Assembly: GCF_024521635.1 (NCBI RefSeq)
Contig: NW_026250417.1
Coordinates: 857,126-877,125, forward strand
Reading direction: 5' to 3'
Source of the DNA: Tricharina praecox
Lineage: Eukaryota
DNA length: 20,000 nt
The notes under the pieces were generated by a model, which did not search any database, was not told where the DNA came from, and was given only the letters and a program-made list of their open reading frames with translations. Numbering within the stretch: the first letter of the stretch is position 1; every line of letters starts with the position of its first letter. This document shows positions 1 to 11,324 of this stretch, piece after piece. The position numbers and the translations under genes were made by a program.

Positions 1-3000
1 CAGTATGTACAGCCGTTTCTAACCATTTCTTCTTGAGCACCAGAAACATCGGCCATGGCTCCCGAAGTCAAATCATGTCGACGTTTTCACCTGGCGACAT
101 TTCCAACATGGTAAATTAGTCGGTCCAAACCATTCATCTTAGCGAGAGAAGTCGAGTCGTGCAATATTCGACAGCTTTTGGGCTACATATGTACCGAACG
201 GCCATCACCGGAAGCTTCCGCCATGCATGACAAGATACGCTAAACATCCAGAATACCCCAGCATCAGCCGTAGAGGCTCCGTCTCATCATTATCGATTTG
301 AGCGTCTCGAGGTGCTCGCCTCTGCACGCACATTTACAGAGCCAGTCCGTGCACCTTGCGGCCCTTTTCACGGTCTCGAATAACCCGGTCTGTGCAGCTT
401 CAGGATGAATCACGAATCACGCTCATTTAATTTACTCACGCAACACGACCGCAAAGCTGACTCTTCCTAAAGCCACGATCGGTACGAAACCGCAACGGTT
501 TTCATCCGTCCCTCCACCAAATCTAGAATATGCGGAAATTTTTATCAAAGGCCAACAAGGCGTGCACGGCATGAAGGACGTGGCTTTCGGTTGCACCGCA
601 GAAGTGATGTTTATGTACGCCGTACTTGGCCGGCGCCATGTATCGATACCAAATTACCAATATCACGAATCAACGATATCCCCAGACAGACCGGCTGCTC
701 CCCTATTACATACCCAAGTACGTTCCTGCAGATTGCAGGATGGGACGAGGACCTCCGTCAATGCCATGCAGGGAATGGGGACACGATACTGTCGTCCGCG
801 TGCTTGGAGCCCGTATGTGCGCCGCCATTTTTCACGATGCCAACGCGACGTCGGGGGGAGGGACGGACTCGGCGATGCTGCCTGCCTGCGAGTTGGTAAT
901 ACAAGTTCTGGGAGGTCTGAATCACACAGCGAATTGCACTGGATCGTTTGTTCCAACTCGGTGCTGCAGACGACTACGGTAGCTACCACCCCAGCTACAT
1001 ACTCACGCCGGCTGCTGGCGCCCCGTGAAGACTATGCCTTGGCCAGCCTAACGCACTAAATTTGCCTACTCAGGGGGCTTTTGTGGGTGGCTTTAATCTC
1101 ACACCATGCCACATGGCCTTGCGGAGGTCAGATCTGTTCTCGGGCGCTAACTACCGCCGATCATACAAGCTCGTCCGCACTAGCACTAGGGAACTGCCGA
1201 GTGAGAAGGCATGATCGTCGTTCTCCTCCAGTGACGAATCCGCATCGTAGACTAAGTACCGCTGCTCAACAGAAGATTCAATAGCAGTTAATCGTCGCAC
1301 CAGGTCCAGCTGATAGGTACCGACGTCCACATCCTCGCTCTGCTCCTTAGTAATAAAAAGCCGTTGCTACCCGCTCCGATCCAAGTCCACAAGTGCATTC
1401 CGATCTGCTGTCTCTTCAGGCTTCAGTAGATACCGCGGGCTACGGTACCTACATATGGCGACTACAATTCCAAGGGCTGATAGTGCATACTAGTAACTAC
1501 TTGGGCATGGGGGCTCGAGAAGAATCCCGGCTAACCGCACAAAACACGCGACTTCCGTTTCCCTCCCTCCCTCCCGAACCCACAGACAAGGGGGGACGGC
1601 GATCATTTTCTCGCTTGCCCGTGTCATGGCGGAGCCGGCGTCGTACACTCGGAAGGCTGGGTTGCCGCTTACACGGAGGAGCACATAGTAGTGCACATAC
1701 CGTATCAGCTTATATACGCCGACACAGCTGGGCAACGGGCATACATAGGAAGGTAGCATGGTAACCGCACGGATCAAGGATTCGCGTCGAGTCCTCACCG
1801 ACGCACGGATGGATGGCTTGGATATAGGTACATACCACTGAGCGAAACTCGAATTCCCGCCCGTGTCACGCAGGAATACGGGGTGCCTATGTACGTAGCT
1901 ATCCAGTGCGATGTTCCTAGCCACTGAGAAGCGAGTTTAGTGCGTGCGCGACCGGCTCGCCATCGTCCACCGTGCGACCTGGACCGGTGGTGCGTAAGTT
2001 GCCCCCCTCCCCCACCCCGCCCGTGCGAATACGGGAGAGGAGAGGCCTTCGAATCTCGAGTCTCGACCGTTGGGGCGGCATGAGCATGAAGACACAGCAT
2101 ATGTAGAGTGGAGTGGAGTAGCTAACAATGTAGCTAGCATATCCGAATGCCTGCCGCAAACGGTTATAGGTGCGATGCGATGTGATGGAGGCTGACTGCT
2201 CTACATAGCTTACGCGAGGACATCTGGCATGAATGAGCAGTGGATCAATTGTGGTTGGCAGGCGGGCGGGTGGGGGCCGAGTGACGACGCCTTTGCATCA
2301 TGACACCTGCGCTGCACGGAGCTGAAGACTACGGTACCTGCTTACTCCAGTTACATACAGCCTCCAGATCAGATGCTAGATAACTAACGTCTCCAACCAG
2401 TCCGTCGCCAGCAGTGGGACCAACCCCTAACTACGGTACTACGTCGGCGAATGCGCCGAGATGGCTTGGATCACGGATGCACATTCCACATCCCACAGAA
2501 GCGCGGATGCGATGCGTACTTCCGAGGCAGTGTCAGTGCCAGTGCGCGCTGTGTGGCTGGCCGCTGGCCGACGACCAAGCCCCGGCCGTATGCACCATGT
2601 ACTGCGTACTGGTATACGGTATACCCACGCTGGCGATGGCCCGATGGGAGAGGCTGTGTGGAATGCCTAGGTATGTATCAGTACATGCATGAATGGAACA
2701 TAAAGCACCGTGAGACATAACTATGCTAACAGGAAAAGCAGGAATATAGTAGGGCTGCGATGGCCCTGATTGAAGGCGTATGTACATACCGGCCCATTGC
2801 CGGAACAGTGGCATATTCCCGCACGGAGCATGCACGCATGGGCGTCTCTGTTGATATTCATACCGGTATGTATGTTTGAACACACGATGGGAAGGCACGT
2901 GGAACTGTCGGCCAGGGCGGGCGCCAATACATACCGGTAGTTGGAACTTGGTCTCGGCCGTCCAGTATTGTACCAGGAACAGCTGATAAGTCGTGCCTCA

Positions 3001-3945
3001 CCACCATTACGAATTATAAGCGCCAGGTTAGGCACCACTTACTCATACACCCGAGTGCAAGTAAGTCGTGACCACCTCCATTTCGTCGTAAGTGCTAACA
3101 AACAAGAGCTCACACGATATCACTCATATAACCACATTGGGACCAGTTGCCTATTACTCATGGAGGTGGTAACGACTCAAGGCTCCCTCCTTGTACTCTA
3201 CATAACTACAGGCTACCGATACTGCACTGGAAAAGCTCGACTTGTATCATTGTATCATACCTATGGTACCTACTCGTACACAGATACCGGTGGGCGCGTC
3301 TCCTTCCCCCGTCTCAGGCTCTCAGCTCGAACTATCAGGAGGGGGCACCAACAAACAAATCACGAACGAGCAAGTCGCTACCTATCGCCATTCATTCATA
3401 CCGCCATGCGGAGTGGAGCAGAGACCGTCCGCGAGACCGTCCGCGAAACCTGCCGCAAGCAGGCTCGGAGCCTCCCCCGAAAGCGGCTGCCCGCCGAACA
3501 CCACGGTTGCACCGAGTGACACAACTTCGCATATTGCCCCCCTCCCCTGGAATAATCAAACCTTGAAACCTCTTGTCACTGGTTAATATCGAGCAGTATC
3601 TGCGGGCGTATGTACATATGTGTCTATGCAGCGTACGGGTATCGTCGTTATCGCGGGTATGTACTAGGTAGTAGGTACTCTACTATCCTGTTGCTCGGCC
3701 GTTAGCAATCATCGTGCTTGCGGAAGGTGCTTCAGACCTGGGGCAGTGGCGCTTGCGATACGATATCTATGGCGTTTCAACTTTCGAGCACACTTGTTCA
3801 ACCTGCGCCTAGAAAAACGGGAGTAGAGTGGCCCGTGAAAGGCCTGTATGAGGTGTCACGGATGTTGAGTGGCAGGGCTGGGCTTGTACCATACACACTA
3901 CAAACTCTAATCTTCCCGCTCAGAAACAGACAGTCTCACAGACGT

Positions 3946-4351
3946 GGAGGAGGAGGAGGGGGAGGAGAAGAAAGAGGGGAAAGAGGTGTGCGGCCAGCGA
4001 ACCGCGACTCGGGACACTGGCCCCCTCCCCCCCACCCCCGCTCTGTGCACGCGCGATGGCTGGCGCCGGGGGGATCATTTGGGCTGGAATTGTAGAGATG
4101 GATGGATGTATGTATGGATGGATGGATGGATTGATCGACGGCTCCCTCCCTACATAACTGCCTCCCACTCCCGCCCTTTTGGAAGCTTTCATCGTGCCCC
4201 ATCGATCGGCTCGGGTTTGGTTTGGTTTGGTCTCGGCAGCACTCAATCTCGACTCTCGAGCGGCTTCCGGTTTGGTCTCGGCAACACACTCAATCTTGAG
4301 CGAATTTCGTCCAGAAACAAAGAAAGAAGAAGAAGAAAGAAAAAGAAAAAG
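3946..4351. repeat. Cluster of simple repeats in the permease promoter/5' region
   Basis: (GGA)n at about 3946-3968, C-tracts 4021-4039, (GGAT)n at about 4097-4131, (GGTTT)n 4214-4230, (GAA)n/A-rich 4318-4351. Confidence 0.8.
4224..4296 (+). repeat. Imperfect direct repeat (about 26-28 bp x2) upstream of the permease
   Basis: GGTTTGGTCTCGGCAGCACTCAATCT (4224-4249) and GGTTTGGTCTCGGCAACACACTCAATCT (4269-4296). Confidence 0.85.
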
Positions 4352-4401
4352 ACATAAGAACAGGCAGGCTCATTCAAAGACGGTTCCATACAACTGCGAC
4401 C

Positions 4402-7075
4402 ATGGGTATCGAGGAAAAATACACGCACGACGCTGGTAGCTCGGATCCCGAGCGCGCTCCGGACTCCGTCAAGTACGATGAGACCACCATGTACACTGGC
4501 AACCTGAACCCGGATGAATACGGGACGCTGAAGCGGGAGTCCGTTTCCCTGATGCCGCCATCGTGGTCGTGAGGAAATCAATTTCGCCCGTGTGCTGACC
4601 AGTGCGTGCGTACATCAAAAAAGGTTGAAGAGTCGGCATGTACAGTTCATCGCCATCGGTGGAATGATCGGTGTGTACATACCCACTTCTTACTCACATA
4701 TATCCCACGGGATGATGCCCCTCTCAGCGAGGTGAGGTGAGCTCATCGAGTGTTGCAGGTACCGGCTTGTTCCTCGGCACCGGCGTTGCCTTGCAGAGGG
4801 CCGGCCCCTTATCGATATTCTTGGCATTCACGATTGTTGGTATGTTTTTGCGCTTCCGGAGCCTTATTTACTAGGCAGCCAGACAGGAAGCGCTGCCCGG
4901 GTACTAACTCCAGCGGTCCAGGAACGGTGGTCTTCGCCATGGTGCAGAGCTTGGGCGAAATCGTAACTTGGCTGCCCATCAGCGGTGGATTGACAGTATA
5001 CGCTTATCGTTACGCCGACCCGGCCCTCGGATTTGCTATGGGATGGAACTACGCCTTGAGTGCGGGCGTGGTGTTGTGTGCTGAAATATCAGCAGCTTCG
5101 GTAAGTACGAGTGCGCGGCTCATGAATCATGATTGCACTCATGATGATGGCCATCGAGAGTCGAGACTGATGGCTTGCAGGTTATTATAGGATACTGGGA
5201 CGATACCATACACGTCGGTGTCTGGATAGCAATCATATTGATCGTCATAATAGCTCTGAACAGTTTCGTCGTCGGTGGATACGGAGAAGCAGAGTTCATA
5301 TTTGCCAGTACGTACTTCTTCTTCTCCCGCTAGAGAAAGCAGCCAATCGAACTGGCTGACCGTGTGCTCTTCCCCCAGGCTTCAAGATCATAACAATCAT
5401 CGGACTGCTCATTCTAGCGCTGATCCTTAATTTGGGCGGAGGACCGTTAGTCGAACCCAACAGAGATCCCACCTCCGGCGTGTATACTGATATTCTATAT
5501 TTACCAGTGACAAGGACCGCAAAGGCTTCCGATACTGGAATAGTCCAGGAGCAATGAAGCCCTATCTGGCCACCGGAGACAGTGGAAGATTCTGTGGCTT
5601 CCTGAAGAGTTTCGTCAATGCTGTCTTCTCATTCTTGGGAGCAGAAGTTATCGCAGTGGCTGCCTGGTCCGAGCTCACCTCCGTTGCAGGCTACTACATA
5701 CTATCTTGCTAACGTTCTCCGATCATGTACCGATAGTGAAACGAAGTATTATCCTCCTGGATTCAGTTACTCTTGGTTTTTTGACTTACCGGCGGCAACA
5801 GGCATCCCCGAAGGAACATTCCGAAGGCTGTTCGACGTGAGTGACTGTTGACGACTGTTGCGAATCGCCCCCAAGAATGCTAACCGACTTGCACTGCTAC
5901 AGGAACATTCTGGCGGTAAGAATCACTGCAGCAAAGCACCGTGCGGCGTATCTGGCTGACGGGCAGATAGCATACTCTTCTTTTACGTCTTTGGAGTTCT
6001 AGCCATCGGTGTGCTCGTTCCGTACAACGACCCCAGTCTCGCGAAGGCCCTCGAGGATGGAGAAAAAGGCGCCGCTGGATCACCATGGGTCATTGCGATC
6101 AAGAATGCGGGCATCCAAGGCCTTCCGCACATCATCAATGCGGTTATCCTGAGCTCCGCGTGAGTGAACATCCCCCTTTTTCGATGGGGAGTTGGCAGAC
6201 TAACACGAAGGTTTCAAGTTGGTCTTGCGGAAACTCCTTTGCATATGCAGGAAGCCGAAATCTTTATGCGTTGGGTATAAAACTTATGCTATAACCACGA
6301 TCCGATGGAATGGGGAATCATGCTGATGTGCATCGCAGCAATCTCCGGAAGTGCACCCAAGATCTTCGCCAAATGTACCAAGCGCGGTATTCCACTCTAC
6401 GCGGTGATGGCAGTCTGCGCATTCGGCCTGCTCTCTTTCTTAAACGTCGGCCGAAGCAGTGCGGAGGTCTTCAACTGGTTCGTCAACATCGTAAGTGATC
6501 GGCCTCCCGTCCCTACACGACGTCAACCTGATCTTCCTCCCAGACCACGGTCAGCGGCCTCTTCAACTGGCTCACCCTTGGTATCTCATACATCCGCTTC
6601 AGCAAGGGTCTTGCAGCCCAAGGTATCTCCCGCGACCAGTTACCGTTCAAAGGGTACTTCCAACCATATGCCGCGTATTACACCGTCGGAATGAGTGCAT
6701 TTTTCATCCTGATAACTGGCTTCGATGTATTCTTTCCTGAAAAACGCACGGCGAGGGAATTCTTTGGGGCGTATTCTGGAGTCTTGATGTTCGCGATTCC
6801 ATAGTAAGTGCCTGCCTACGCTTCGCCGGATAGGCGGTGTTGACTGACGAGGTGAACAGTATCTTCCACAAGCTGTATTACAACCTCCCGGCAATTCTGT
6901 ATGAAGAAATGGATTTCTTCACCGGAAAGGCCGAGGTCGATAGGGACGAGATCGAGAATATACCACCGGAGCCGAGGAACGTCTGGGAAAGTATGAGATC
7001 GAACGTTCTCCCCGTGTATAATAAAGTACGGTGTGCTAACCGCCATTCTCAGAAATCTGGTCCGCGATCGCATAA
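4402..7075 (+). CDS. Amino-acid permease, fungal YAT/APC family (possibly Put4/PrnB/Dip5-like); 16 exons, 554 aa
   Basis: Hand-spliced exons: 4402-4538, 4624-4670, 4759-4839, 4922-5100, 5181-5307, 5379-5445, 5508-5666, 5737-5745, 5802-5836, 5903-5915, 5971-6159, 6219-6274, 6339-6490, 6544-6803, 6860-6990, 7053-7075 (1665 nt, one open frame, all introns GT-AG). The translation carries YAT-family motifs: [137 protein letters not shown], and a C-terminal PRNVWEKIWSAIA. Substrate not determinable from sequence alone. Confidence 0.95.
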
Positions 7076-7837
7076 GTGCGAGAAGGGGAAAGTCGTAGGA
7101 AATTCAGGTAATATGTAGGACGGGAAAGATGTGATAATTACATAAAATCGAAGGGTTGTTTCCGTGATCACTCAACCGCTGGTCCGTATCCGCATGTAAA
7201 AGCACTTGGTCGTCTTGTAGGACTTAAATGTGAAATTCCCATTGAAAACCGGACTCGGCGAAGTGAGCAAGCCAAAAGTCGTCAATAGCTGTTATGAGTG
7301 ACCACAGTGGCTTCGTGGAGCGGAGCGGCGATCTCAGCCTCGGGCAACCAGCTCACCCGCGGACCACGTGACATCACCGGCCGCAACCCGCTCGAGCCCG
7401 CGACGTGCTTTATATTTTATACATGCCTAGACGCCCAGACTCGCCACACCACGCACCGGTCTATGCCACCTTGAATTCTGGCGCCGTTATCGCCAGAAAT
7501 TTTACCTCTCCGCTCTCTCTAGTACATGACTTGTATCACTCGGTGAATGTCATCGTTCGCTCACAGGTTTCCGTGAGCTCTAGCCATTGATCTTTGCCAA
7601 AGAAATTCCACTGAGGCGCCACTCTCTTAAAACAAGTAAAGAAATCCACTAAATACTATGCAGTTGAATGAAACATCTATCCAGCTCACCCCCAAATCCG
7701 TAAATACCCAAAGCAAAAACTTCCATCCACCTCACCAGGAAGGTCCGCACCAAAAACAAAAACAAAAAACAAAAACTTAGATGATAGATCCACCTCACCC
7801 GCAAAACCCAATGCTAAACCTAAACTTCCATCCAACC

Positions 7838-8813
7838 TCATCGGCGCTGCCTATTCTCGGAATCCCGGTGCTTCCGCCCGCCGTGGTGCCGCTGCATCTC
7901 AACATCCTGCAAGCCCGCCTCGCCACCTGTGTAACCCTTCCGATCCTCCGACAGGATAACATTAGACGGGTGCACGAGGTTGAACAGGAACACCGCGGCG
8001 GCCATCAAGACAGCGTCGAAGATGTACAGCCAGACCTCGTTGCGCATGAGGTAGCCCTTATTGCCCTGGATATACTCGACGACCCTGAAGATGCTCCTGA
8101 CCATGATGAGGGCGGAGGCGCCATAGAGCACTCTCAGCAGGGTCAACCACCCGTTCTTCCCGCCGGTCTGCAGCGAGCTGGCGAGCACCGTCGGCTCGCG
8201 CACGATCTGCGTGTGGAACCGGATTGCGACCACCACGAACCCGCCAAAAAACAGCAGCTGCACGAATAGCCCGCCGAGAATCAGCTTCTGCCCCAGGTCC
8301 GCGGACTCCTCTGTCGCTTTGGCCATCATCCCGCCACCCCCGCCTTGCATCATGAACGAGAGCACGTCGCCAAGAACGAAGAATTTCGTCAGCCAGTTGA
8401 GCCGGATCATCGAGTGGTGCGCCGCATCGAGGTAGGCTATCAGGCGCCCTAGAACCATGTAGATCGAGGCTGCGAAGAGGGCCGGTGCTACGAGGAGGAG
8501 CAGCGATTGCATGATGTACGGCCCGAGATTCTCTTTGTCACTGTGCGACATTATCCGCCCAACGTATCCGATTGCCTCCACTGCGGTGGTGTTAGCCCTT
8601 TCACACATATACTCCATCGTGATGTTGAGGAGGGACCGGCGTACTCAAGGCGCCGATAAACATCGGTATGAAGTACCATGTCCGTGACCGGATAAGTTGG
8701 AATCCATGGGCAATTGTGGTAAGGGCGAAGATGACAGCGAATATCGCTGCAGCAACGATTGATGGTGTGTAGTAATAGAAGACGTATTTTTGTGGGACGA
8801 CTTCGGTGGACAT
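7838..8813 (-). CDS. RTA1-like (lipid-translocating exporter family) multi-pass membrane protein; 2 exons, 303 aa
   Basis: Exon 1 8813-8645, intron 8644-8581 (GTACGC...GCTAAC...CAG), exon 2 8580-7838. The spliced protein has RTA1-family motifs: YYYTPSIVAAAIF, GALMEAIGYVGR, PYIMQSLLLLVAPALFAASIYMVLGRLI, WLTKFFVLGDVLSFMMQGGGGG, GLFVQLLFFGGF, RSIFRVVEYIQG, EVWLYIFDAVLM, HP. Confidence 0.95.
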
Positions 8814-11294
8814 CGTGCCTTCGTCGGGTTGGGGTCGGAGCTGGAGCTGGAGACGGATGTATGGACGTATGGACGGGGGTGCGGCCGGGGGTGAAGGAAT
8901 GGGAGCAGCGAGCAGCTGTGGTTCGGTGGAGTATTGCTTATCGGATTCGAGGTGTCTGGTCTGCCAAATAATTGCGGGTGTACAGCGGCCTTAAGTACGG
9001 ACAGTGATCACCGTGAATGGTTTTGGGCGTCATATAACCAAGCACTTCGTATTCGCTGAACTGCGTGCCCGGTTCTTTCTCCTCCCTTTCGTTTGTGCGA
9101 AGCACCCTCTCCGCACTAGTTGGTTCAGAATACCCGTCTAGAACCTTGCGTGTTCGTTCGGAGCCCACCGCGCAGACAGGCCCGAGGAACCGTAGGTAGC
9201 TGTCGGTACGAATACGATGGGCCGCCACTAAACTGCGGAAAATCTGACGTGACGCTAGATAGACAATCCCCCGGCCGGCCCAAACGTCGCCACGCCGTAC
9301 CGCTTGCGCGGATAACTAGGGGCGACAACGTAAGCTGTTCCGCAATTGGCTGCGACGGAAGCTGCCGGGCTCGTCTTCGTTCATGCGGAGTACTACGCTA
9401 GCTACTATCTAGTGCGAGGCATCCATTCGGACCCGAGATTCTCACTAAGTAGAGTACCCTGCTGGTAGGGCCAACGCTTGTTCGGACCACCGCCGGAACA
9501 AATTAAAGCGCCCTGGCTTCGAGTACGAAAACGAAAACGATACGGTACCAAACGTAGCCTAAACGTCGCCAAAATAAAGCTTGGGCTAATAGATGTGCTT
9601 ATGGAGAGCGAGGGCGCAGTTACTATATGGCATGTACCAGGTACTCCATCTACTTACACAGTCCTACAAAAGGGGCATGATGGCATGGCATGGAATACGT
9701 CAGGGTTTGTGGCTTAGATATGTACTCCACATAGGTAAACGGAAGGCGAACATCCCGAATCACAGGTAGGCGTGTACCTAGCCATGTTCTAGAAGTCCTT
9801 CCATTGCGTGTAATAAGGTTCCTTAAAGTTAAGCTAGAGTTCGAGCTCGGTTGGTAAACGAATACATTGAACTGCGGTGATTCGTTTAACTTCAACTCAC
9901 CAAAAGGCGGGTTGAAGGTTGAAACCAGGCTGAAAACCAGCAGAATTACCGCCCTCGGAAGGATCACACGGTACTCACCATCCAACCTCAGGCCAGACTG
10001 TTTCGTGAGGTTTTTTGGTATTTCTTGGAACGTCCCAGAAAGGTCACTCCGAGGTGCTGGCGGCGATCTCCAGAAAATCTTCTCCAACACACCTCAACTC
10101 GCCTAATTTAACCTCGAGGAGTCAAGGAGTCGAGGAGGCGAGGACCCTAAATAAATTGCGAACAGCAGAGAGTTGGCCGATCGAGTATGTCCTAGGTAGT
10201 ATGTAACGTCAATGCGGATACGAGCTAGCTAGGTGGACCAGATATTTAGAGTATGATGGATATCATTCTACAGAGCGTACGTACCCTCGTCGTCGCAGCA
10301 AAGCTGAGCATCCGCAGCCTTGGCCATTCGATACGTCGAGGCGCTGTGCAGCGGTCCAACTTCTCCCCGAGCCTGGCTCAGCTGTTGGTAGACAGTAGAT
10401 TGACACCGAACCGATTGTAGACTGGACTGGTCACTTTTGTGGTGGGTCGTTGGTAGGAGCGGTTCCCCTGAGCTGAAGATGATACCACTGCTAGGTAACG
10501 GATTGATCTACGAACGCGAAACACAGACGATACGGTGGGCTCCTCTGGCGACGTTTGCGAAGCGCTGAGCGAGTCTAATCGGATCCGTCTCGATTCTCGA
10601 ACGCGGATACATGTCTGCCCGTTTGTCTGGCGCTTCAGGATCGGCGACGAGCCTAATTCACAATAATCCCCCGCCACACGATGCATTTATGCTCAAAGTC
10701 GGTCCATGCCTCGATAAACCCGGCGAAAACAACTTCTGCCCACGGGCCACGGCGGTTTCTGCACGGGTGCGTGTCATAGGAACTCACTCGGAGAACGCCT
10801 GTAAACGCACGTCAGAACGAGCAAGTTGATTCCGTGATCGTAGCCCATTCGCCAGTATACTGTGGTACCTCAAATGGACGGCCAGCCGACAGGAAACTGG
10901 AAGACCAGTGCTAGTGGGTGGGGCTGCGGGATAACGCTGTCCCGAGGATACCTTTTCGAGCAATACAGGGTGGGGTGTCGAGAACCAAGCAGAAGCAGAA
11001 GACGTTGTGACTGGATGCTAAACAGAAAAGAATGTTCACCAACAGGATAGCCAGCTCGGATGGGAGGGAGGCGGGGAAGTGGATTGCTGCCACGAAATAC
11101 ACAGTAGTTATCCAGACGGCGGACAGGATACTCGGAGCGCGCGTGTCTTGTTCTGGATGGGCCTGATACACCATGATGAACCAATCCAGACCGCAACACA
11201 AACGGTGAAATCATCCAAGTATCGTACGCATTTGACATTCTCTCTGCACCCACTGAAGGATCTAACAGGATCCAACGGGCTGGCCTGCACCCTA

Positions 11295-11324
11295 AGTCCA
11301 AGTCCAAGTCCAATTCCAAGTCCA
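11295..11324. repeat. (AGTCCA)n hexamer microsatellite, imperfect
   Basis: agtccaagtccaagtccaattccaagtcca. Confidence 0.75.

Noticed and set aside
1..245. Possible terminal exons of a + strand gene (TTCTAAC..CAG at 43, GTAAAT at 111, CAG at 174), or a minus-strand start at 56
   Set aside because: The splice-like signals give no recognisable protein and the frame cannot be fixed at the window edge.
562..4246. Many overlapping 60-190 aa ORFs upstream of the permease
   Set aside because: No recognisable domains, Arg/Ser/Pro/Cys-rich random-like composition, frequent non-ATG starts and overlap with microsatellites.
5666..5801. Stwintron (nested intron splitting a G|TGAAA donor) instead of the 9-nt micro-exon
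   Set aside because: That splicing path shifts the frame and removes the conserved E-T-K residues; the micro-exon model keeps both frame and motif.
9650..10090. 146-aa minus-strand ORF in a region with many CTAG/TA dinucleotides (possible decayed gene or RIP-mutated relic)
   Set aside because: No transposase, RT or integrase motif, no terminal repeats seen, and I could not compute a RIP index.
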